IMG/VR virus record: IMGVR_UViG_2740892230_000039
Strand: one strand, 5' to 3'
Origin: a virus
Taxonomy: Duplodnaviria; Heunggongvirae; Uroviricota; Caudoviricetes
Length of the DNA stretch: 3,993 nucleotides
Position 1 is the first letter of the stretch; each line of letters begins with the position of its first letter. A program made the translations under genes and the position numbers. The notes beneath the pieces were generated by a model. The model did no database searches, was not told the DNA's origin, and worked only from the letters and a program-made list of their open reading frames with translations. Shown here one piece after another: positions 1 to 3,993 of the stretch.

Positions 1-74
1 CCCGTAACGCCTCTGCCACGCGCGTAACGTGACAGGGATTAAAGGTAAACCAATTGATTTTGCAAGTTTTTATT

Positions 75-1361
75 TTACCCCGCTTTCTTATGGGGCATAC
101 ATGGGACACTTTCAGATAGTCTTTTGTTAAGGAGTTCTATCTGTTCGTGATTGTTGTCTTTCATCCATGCTCCGTAAACATTGAATACCATTTGTGCGTT
201 TGTGTGGCCCATCTGGCTTGCGATAAAACTAGGATTAGCTCCTGCGGCAAGTGACCAGCATGCATAAGTATGCCTGGATTGGTACGATTTTCTGTGTCTC
301 AGACCTGCGCGTTTTAAGATACTTGTCCATGACTCCCTGATGGAGTCAACCTTGTAGTGAGGTCCGGACAACTGCTGCTGTTTTGTTACCTGAGGACGAA
401 AAACAAAAGTGCATTTATGCACAGCAGTTCTCCCATATTCCCTCTGCTTCACCTCTACAGAATGTTGCTTTCCAAGCATGGTCATTTCCGCCTGGCTTTT
501 AAGAGCATCAATAGCTGGTTGAACCAGATGAATTGTCCTTCCGGTGCCTGCATCGGTTTTTGGTGGAGTGAATTCGCCAAGTTTTGTATAATTTCTACGG
601 ATGGTTATAGTCCTTGCTTTAAGGTCTATATCTTCCCATGCCAGCGATACCAACTCCCCGTGACGAATACCCGTGTATACAGCGAGAATCCACAGGTTTT
701 TTGTTTGTTGATGACGGCAAGCCTCAATAAAACGAATAAATTCGTCACGGGTGAGAGGATCTGGTTTTACCTTGGACTTTTTTAAGGGAGCCAGACCGTT
801 AAATGGGTTTCCTGAGGTATAACCATTATCTGTTGCAAATTGAAACATTCCAGCTATGGTTGTCATATAGTAGTTTACCGTGACCACTGAGCGCCCTTTT
901 ATGGAAGAAGTCTTTCCATTAGAAAGCTTTTGGTAACCGGTCAACAAATCTCTCCTTACGAAAAGTAAATCCTCTTTTGTTATGGATGAAACCAGTTTTT
1001 TTTCACCTAACATTGGTAACATGTTTTTAATTACTGACTGGTAACGGTTAAGTGCATTCGCACAAATCTCAATTTTCTTAAGGTCCAACCATTTTTCCGA
1101 AAGTGCCTTAACGGTTATCTCTCTTTTTCCCAGACCAAAGTGTTTCAGGTTAGGGGAATTAGGGAACTGCGCGGCGTAGTCGAAACTCCCCATTCTGATT
1201 GCAAAACAAACGGAAGTGCGAAGTTCACCAGCGATCTTCCGGTTTTTGGCTGTGTCAGGAACACCGAGGTTTTCTCTGACACGTTTGCCATTATAGTGAA
1301 ACCATATACGGAGTGATCCTCCATGGTTTTCAACGCCTGTCGGGTATGATGCGTTACTCAT
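75..1361 (-). CDS. int: Tyrosine-type site-specific recombinase (phage integrase), 428 aa
   Basis: Long uninterrupted minus-strand ORF. N-terminal arm-binding-like region (PTGVENHGGSLRIWFHYNGKRVRE). C-terminal catalytic-domain motifs in the expected order: Arg in AVYTGIRHGEL, second Arg in SYQSRHTYACW, His in QMGHTNAQ, catalytic Tyr in FNVYGAW. GGGAGG lies 4 nt upstream of the ATG. An excisionase-like gene sits immediately upstream on the same strand, the classical xis-int arrangement. Confidence 0.9.
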   Translation of the reverse strand: MSNASYPTGVENHGGSLRIWFHYNGKRVRENLGVPDTAKNRKIAGELRTSVCFAIRMGSFDYAAQFPNSPNLKHFGLGKREITVKALSEKWLDLKKIEICANALNRYQSVIKNMLPMLGEKKLVSSITKEDLLFVRRDLLTGYQKLSNGKTSSIKGRSVVTVNYYMTTIAGMFQFATDNGYTSGNPFNGLAPLKKSKVKPDPLTRDEFIRFIEACRHQQTKNLWILAVYTGIRHGELVSLAWEDIDLKARTITIRRNYTKLGEFTPPKTDAGTGRTIHLVQPAIDALKSQAEMTMLGKQHSVEVKQREYGRTAVHKCTFVFRPQVTKQQQLSGPHYKVDSIRESWTSILKRAGLRHRKSYQSRHTYACWSLAAGANPSFIASQMGHTNAQMVFNVYGAWMKDNNHEQIELLNKRLSESVPCMPHKKAG

Positions 1362-1394
1362 TAAACCTCCCAGACGTCCAGGAGCATTAACAGG

Positions 1395-1649
1395 TTAACC
1401 GGAACTTGCATTTTTGGCACCTGGTTGTTTCTGGTTTTCGATCCATCGCATAATTTCTTCGATGTTGTACAGGCATTCACTGTAATGCCCAGGATCACCT
1501 TCTACAGCGTAATGGCGGTATTCTTTTCCCTGCATCCATGACTTTCTTCTGGCCCGCTCGATGGTGCCGGGCTTTAGCCCTGTTGATGCAATAAGGACTC
1601 TCTCCGTACACCATTTGCTGGGGGTTATCTGATAGATGATTGTCTGCAT
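1395..1649 (-). CDS. xis: Excisionase-like recombination directionality factor, 84 aa
   Basis: Small basic protein directly upstream of int on the same strand with a 33-bp gap. The W...ST...R...W..GKEY pattern (KWCTERVLIASTGLKPGTIERARRKSWMQGKEYRHY) resembles excisionase-like winged-helix proteins of enterobacterial prophages. Assignment is from memory of the family and gene position, not from a search. Confidence 0.6.
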   Translation of the reverse strand: MQTIIYQITPSKWCTERVLIASTGLKPGTIERARRKSWMQGKEYRHYAVEGDPGHYSECLYNIEEIMRWIENQKQPGAKNASSG

Positions 1650-1667
1650 GCCAACCTCATAAAACTT

Positions 1668-1802
1668 TCATCCACGGCAGTGGAACCACACGTCAAACAT
1701 TCGTTTCACAACTTCACGGCAGTAGAAGCCGTCGACATCACGGGTCAGGTCGTAGCGATTGCCGAATGTCTTGCGAACCCAGAACTCAAAAGCCGTATGC
1801 AT
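1668..1802 (-). CDS. Hypothetical small protein, 44 aa (MHTAFEFWVRKTFGNRYDLTRDVDGFYCREVVKRMFDVWFHCRG); not in the supplied ORF track
   Basis: Hand-translated. ATG at 1802-1800 is preceded by GGAGGTGA with a 3-nt spacer; this Shine-Dalgarno contains the TGA stop of the upstream 80-aa ORF. Its own stop at 1670-1668 lies 18 nt before the xis ATG. Fits the operon-wide tight packing. Confidence 0.35.
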   Translation of the reverse strand: MHTAFEFWVRKTFGNRYDLTRDVDGFYCREVVKRMFDVWFHCRG

Positions 1803-1805
1803 GTA

Positions 1806-2048
1806 TCACCTCCGTTGCATTGCGCGTAATTTTTTCAGGCGCATTTCCTGCTCAGTGCCCGCCAGAATTTTGCGGTACTCCTGTTGGTCAATATGTTCGA
1901 ACAGGTTGTTGAACTCACCAATGCGTACCCGTCCGGAGCGCCCGTCCATGCGTCGAAAGAACACTGAGTGCTGAGTACTGCGAGTAATCACCACAGGGTA
2001 TCCGGCTCTGTCCGTGTATATCTGACCACGTTGAATCAGAGCGAACAT
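1806..2048 (-). CDS. Hypothetical prophage protein, 80 aa
   Basis: Minus-strand ORF co-oriented with int and xis and packed tightly against its neighbours (4 nt after the upstream stop, 3 nt before the downstream start). GGGGA lies upstream of the ATG. No family recognised by eye. Confidence 0.5.
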   Translation of the reverse strand: MFALIQRGQIYTDRAGYPVVITRSTQHSVFFRRMDGRSGRVRIGEFNNLFEHIDQQEYRKILAGTEQEMRLKKLRAMQRR

Positions 2049-2052
2049 TCCT

Positions 2053-2139
2053 TTATCCCCAGCGGAAAAGCGAATACAGAATAAATGCCACCGCTATTGC
2101 AACTCCAACTGCGGTGAATGCTTCAGGCCAATTCATCAT
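2053..2139 (-). CDS. Hypothetical 28-aa hydrophobic peptide (MMNWPEAFTAVGVAIAVAFILYSLFRWG), predicted single transmembrane helix; not in the supplied ORF track
   Basis: Hand-translated. AGGAGGTGA lies immediately upstream. The ATG at 2139-2137 overlaps the TGA stop of the upstream 240-aa ORF (2138-2136) in an ATGA arrangement. A 19-residue uninterrupted hydrophobic stretch is followed by RWG. Stop TAA at 2055-2053, 4 nt before the next start. Confidence 0.35.
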   Translation of the reverse strand: MMNWPEAFTAVGVAIAVAFILYSLFRWG

Positions 2140-2858
2140 TTCACCTCCTGCGGCGGTTCTGGTAGCTGCATCCAGTGGGTTACCTCTTTGAGATACAGGT
2201 CTTCGCCATCACCGTCATCCCAAGTGGGCTTGCCATCATTAAACCAGTCGCCATATACGCCGACCTGAGTGTTGGGGATGTTTGGTGGGTAGTTGTTTTT
2301 AAAGTCAGCTGCTAACACATAGCATTGTCGCTCTCCCATTTCAGGCATTCGCTCACTACAGCTTATCCAACCATCCGGAGTTACCGGATAGTTGCCATTC
2401 ACAAGGTCAGCTCGAACATATAGCGTGTCATCATGGTGTTGATTGTGGCTGCACCACGTTAATTCGCTTAACTNNNNNNNNNNCTCAGGCCACTGGCGCT
2501 CCATGTTGATCTTCAATTTATCTTCCATAGCAGCGGTAATTTCAGCATCGCTGATGCCAGCACGGCGCTGTGCATCCCACAACAGAAACTGCATATCAGC
2601 CCACTCGCTAAGATCGTCTGNNNNNNNNNNCGTTTGCAGCCAGATATGGGCTGGCGCATCTTGGCAAGGTGTATTAACTGGCAACTTGTAAGTTTGGCTT
2701 ACAGGTTCTGCACTATCAGCCTTGCGGCGCTCCTGTAGCTCGCGCAGAGCCGCTACAACATAATGGCTATTGTGCTGGTCAGCCCACAGAATGAGCCGAA
2801 TCAACGTTGCATTTGAAACGTATTCGTCTGTTAGTTTGCTATTGGTAAAAGTGGTCAT
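2136..2858 (-). CDS. Ea22-like prophage protein, 240 aa as translated through two N-runs; C-terminal W/D/G/P-rich region reminiscent of DUF551
   Basis: Minus-strand ORF with AAGGTGA 7 nt upstream of the ATG. The N-terminus MTTFT parallels MTTIT of the upstream paralog. An internal 45-aa module (DDLSEW...ERQWPE) is shared with the upstream gene. The C-terminal region (YPVTPDGWISCSERMPE...GVYGDWFNDGKPTWDDGDGEDLY...WMQLPEPP) matches my recollection of the DUF551 domain found in Ea22-like phage proteins. The true length is uncertain because the ORF is interrupted by N-runs at 2474-2483 and 2621-2630. Confidence 0.55.
   Translation of the reverse strand: MTTFTNSKLTDEYVSNATLIRLILWADQHNSHYVVAALRELQERRKADSAEPVSQTYKLPVNTPCQDAPAHIWLQTXXXXDDLSEWADMQFLLWDAQRRAGISDAEITAAMEDKLKINMERQWPEXXXXLSELTWCSHNQHHDDTLYVRADLVNGNYPVTPDGWISCSERMPEMGERQCYVLAADFKNNYPPNIPNTQVGVYGDWFNDGKPTWDDGDGEDLYLKEVTHWMQLPEPPQEVK
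2474..2483. other. Run of 10 N (gap or masked bases)
   Basis: Directly visible in the sequence. Lies immediately left of repeat copy A. Confidence 1.
2484..2620. repeat. Copy A of a diverged 137-bp direct repeat (coding module), bounded on both sides by 10-N runs
   Basis: Aligns without gaps to 2886-3022, with 131 of 137 positions identical. The six mismatches are at 2484, 2499, 2522, 2550, 2556 and 2586. Confidence 0.95.
2621..2630. other. Run of 10 N (gap or masked bases)
   Basis: Directly visible in the sequence. Lies immediately right of repeat copy A. Confidence 1.
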
Positions 2859-2870
2859 AGCTATTTCACC

Positions 2871-3251
2871 TTAATNNNNNNNNNNTTCAGGCCACTGGCG
2901 TTCCATGTTGATCTTCAATTTATTTTCCATAGCAGCGGTAATTTCAGCATCACTGATACCAGCACGGCGCTGTGCATCCCACAACAGGAACTGCATATCA
3001 GCCCACTCGCTAAGATCGTCTGGTTCGGCTGCGGCTTCCAGTGCCTCTTTTGAGAGGTGTTTCAGTGGACCAATGGGGCCAACGCAGCCAAATGTGGAGT
3101 CAGACCATTTGGCATGCTCGTGGCGAATCTGTTCGCGTTCCAGTGATGCCAGTGCAATTCGTGCCAGTTCCATTTGTTCGCCACGAGTAAGCCCGTTTTC
3201 AAGCGGATTTTTAATGAACAATTCAATACGTTCTTTGGTAATAGTGGTCAT
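2871..3251 (-). CDS. Ea22-like prophage protein, upstream paralog, 126 aa as translated; C-terminus undetermined because the last four codons fall in an N-run
   Basis: The ATG at 3251-3249 overlaps the TGA stop of the upstream 69-aa ORF (ATGA). GAGGA lies 7 nt upstream. The N-terminal part is charged and helical-looking (ERIELF...EQMELARIALASLEREQIRHEHAKW), followed by the shared DDLSEWADMQFLLWDAQRRAGISDAEITAAMENKLKINMERQWPE module. The apparent stop at 2873-2871 comes directly after the 10-N run, so the real end is unknown. Confidence 0.5.
   Translation of the reverse strand: MTTITKERIELFIKNPLENGLTRGEQMELARIALASLEREQIRHEHAKWSDSTFGCVGPIGPLKHLSKEALEAAAEPDDLSEWADMQFLLWDAQRRAGISDAEITAAMENKLKINMERQWPEXXXX
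2876..2885. other. Run of 10 N (gap or masked bases)
   Basis: Directly visible in the sequence. Lies immediately left of repeat copy B, between the two Ea22-like genes. Confidence 1.
2886..3022. repeat. Copy B of the diverged 137-bp direct repeat, preceded by a 10-N run
   Basis: Aligns without gaps to 2484-2620. Corresponding mismatch positions are 2886, 2901, 2924, 2952, 2958 and 2988. Confidence 0.95.
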
Positions 3252-3457
3252 GTGTTAATCCTCAAAACTTTATGCCCGGGCGCAAAAGTACGTGTTTTGT
3301 CTTTGCTTATTCGCCACCCGTCTTTACGGGCCTCTTTTGCACAACCAGACCATGACGTACCGATATACTCACCGAAGTCTGGCACTGGATATACACCTTC
3401 CGTACACTGGCGACAATCACAATAGAGATGCATGGTGTAACTTGCAGCGATAGCCAT
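3248..3457 (-). CDS. Hypothetical small Cys-rich protein, 69 aa (C-x-C-x2-C then a distal Cys and two His)
   Basis: Strong ribosome-binding site (AAAGGAGAG, then a 4-nt spacer, then ATG). The start is 1 nt after the stop of the upstream 62-aa ORF, and the stop overlaps the downstream start. Possible metal-binding motif HLYCDCRQC ... SGC ... PGH. Confidence 0.5.
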   Translation of the reverse strand: MAIAASYTMHLYCDCRQCTEGVYPVPDFGEYIGTSWSGCAKEARKDGWRISKDKTRTFAPGHKVLRINT

Positions 3458-3458
3458 A

Positions 3459-3647
3459 TCACTCTCCTTTAGTCCGCAAGTAGTTTTTCCAGCGGTTTTG
3501 CGCCGCGCTGGGCTTTTTGCAACAACTGTGACCCATCACCCCGCAACACCCCATCAACCTCACTCGTCTGTTACTAATCCTCACCCATCGCCAGACCCCA
3601 ACACCGTTTCTGCGAGCTAACAGAATCTTTGCTTTACGGTTTTTCAT
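3459..3647 (-). CDS. Questionable ORF, 62 aa, Arg/Trp/Gly/Cys-rich (contains GCCGVMGHSCC); coding status uncertain
   Basis: For coding: AGGAGAG 7 nt upstream of the ATG, and the stop is 1 nt before the next gene's ATG. Against: the ORF lies in a strongly purine-rich, degenerately repetitive stretch (C-rich on the plus strand, about 3530-3606) that would yield G/W/R/V codons by chance, and it contains a terminator-like hairpin. Confidence 0.3.
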   Translation of the reverse strand: MKNRKAKILLARRNGVGVWRWVRISNRRVRLMGCCGVMGHSCCKKPSAAQNRWKNYLRTKGE

Positions 3648-3819
3648 CGTTTTGCTCTCCTGCGTCTCTTTGCTGCTCGTCGTGCCGCTGCAATACCGGT
3701 ATGGCGGCGCTTTGGTGCCGGGATGATGTTGTCAGCTATCAGGACATGTGGCTTTGCAATTAGCGCAGAAGCCCAAAAACGAGTCGGGTACGGTAACAAG
3801 CCGATACATGCCACACGCA

Positions 3820-3993
3820 CTACTCACCCTCTTTGATGCGAATGCCTGCGGCGCGTGGCACATTAACTTCCACGATGCGCACTGTTGGTTTGTACATCTC
3901 AATCGCTGTCAGCCAGTCAGCTCCTGTCATGCGCTTTTCCGCATCGCCATTAGTCCACTGAACCGGTACACCAATAGCCTTCATCGCGATTTC
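3820..3993 (-). CDS. 3' end of a gene entering from beyond the right edge (C-terminal 57 aa: EIAMKAIGVPVQWTNGDAEKRMTGADWLTAIEMYKPTVRIVEVNVPRAAGIRIKEGE); product not recognised
   Basis: Hand-translated minus-strand frame, open from the window edge at 3993 to a TAG stop at 3822-3820. Same orientation as the rest of the operon. Too short to appear in the supplied ORF track. Confidence 0.45.
   Translation of the reverse strand, partial: EIAMKAIGVPVQWTNGDAEKRMTGADWLTAIEMYKPTVRIVEVNVPRAAGIRIKEGE

Noticed and set aside
1-74. tRNA gene fragment as integration target
   Set aside because: No T-arm or acceptor-stem-like sequence and no CCA end are recognisable on either strand in the 74 bp available.
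357-785. 142-aa plus-strand ORF
   Set aside because: Lies entirely antisense within the well-supported integrase gene and has no ribosome-binding site or recognisable features. Most likely a chance open frame in AT-rich sequence.
1145-1333. 62-aa minus-strand ORF
   Set aside because: An alternative frame wholly inside the integrase coding region. The integrase frame is supported by catalytic motifs; this one is not.
1640-1974. Two overlapping plus-strand ORFs (1640-1912 and 1759-1974) with Arg/Ser/Cys-rich translations
   Set aside because: Antisense to the tightly coupled minus-strand 44-aa and 80-aa genes. The low-complexity translations and lack of start-site signals suggest chance ORFs.
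2443-2691. 82-aa plus-strand ORF spanning both N-runs
   Set aside because: Antisense to the Ea22-like gene and dependent on reading through ambiguous bases.
2484-3022. Possible CRISPR-like or other non-coding repeat array
   Set aside because: There are only two copies, each 137 bp, separated by 265 bp (including a 10-N run), and the substitution pattern is codon-aware (5 synonymous, 1 conservative). These are coding paralogous modules, not a CRISPR array or satellite.
2905-3425. Plus-strand ORFs 2905-3258 and 3174-3425
   Set aside because: Antisense to the coupled minus-strand 126-aa and 69-aa genes. 2905-3258 largely duplicates the antisense frame of the repeat (mirroring 2443-2691), and neither has a convincing start context.
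1-3993. Known defence or toxin-antitoxin system (restriction-modification, retron, CBASS, abortive infection and similar)
   Set aside because: No ORF has the size or motifs of a nuclease, reverse transcriptase, cyclase, methyltransferase, ATPase or other typical defence component. The window is dominated by integration and Ea22-region genes. Candidate small proteins are reported as unknowns rather than as a system.
1-3993. Chi site (GCTGGTGG) on either strand
   Set aside because: Scanned by eye. Only a partial match was seen (TTTGGTGG near 2283-2290); no exact octamer was found.

Overview
The window reads as the integration end of a lambdoid (lambda-like) enterobacterial prophage, with every supportable gene on the minus strand in one tightly packed transcription unit. 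Running right to left: a 3' gene fragment entering from the right edge, a 172-bp intergenic region, a doubtful 62-aa ORF in a purine-rich stretch, a 69-aa Cys-rich protein, two tandem Ea22-like paralogous genes, a 28-aa hydrophobic peptide ORF, an 80-aa protein, a 44-aa ORF, an excisionase-like gene and a tyrosine integrase. The attachment site is expected at or beyond the left edge. Three runs of exactly 10 N sit at the edges of a diverged 137-bp direct repeat that encodes a shared protein module of the two Ea22-like genes, so gene boundaries there cannot be resolved from this sequence. I do not recognise any known defence system, toxin-antitoxin pair, CRISPR array, tRNA or rRNA. The most interesting items are the module-sharing Ea22-like paralogs, two unannotated translationally coupled small ORFs (28 aa and 44 aa), a small Cys-rich protein, and a plus-strand terminator-like hairpin antisense to the operon. 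All family assignments are from reading the translations by eye; no searches were run.
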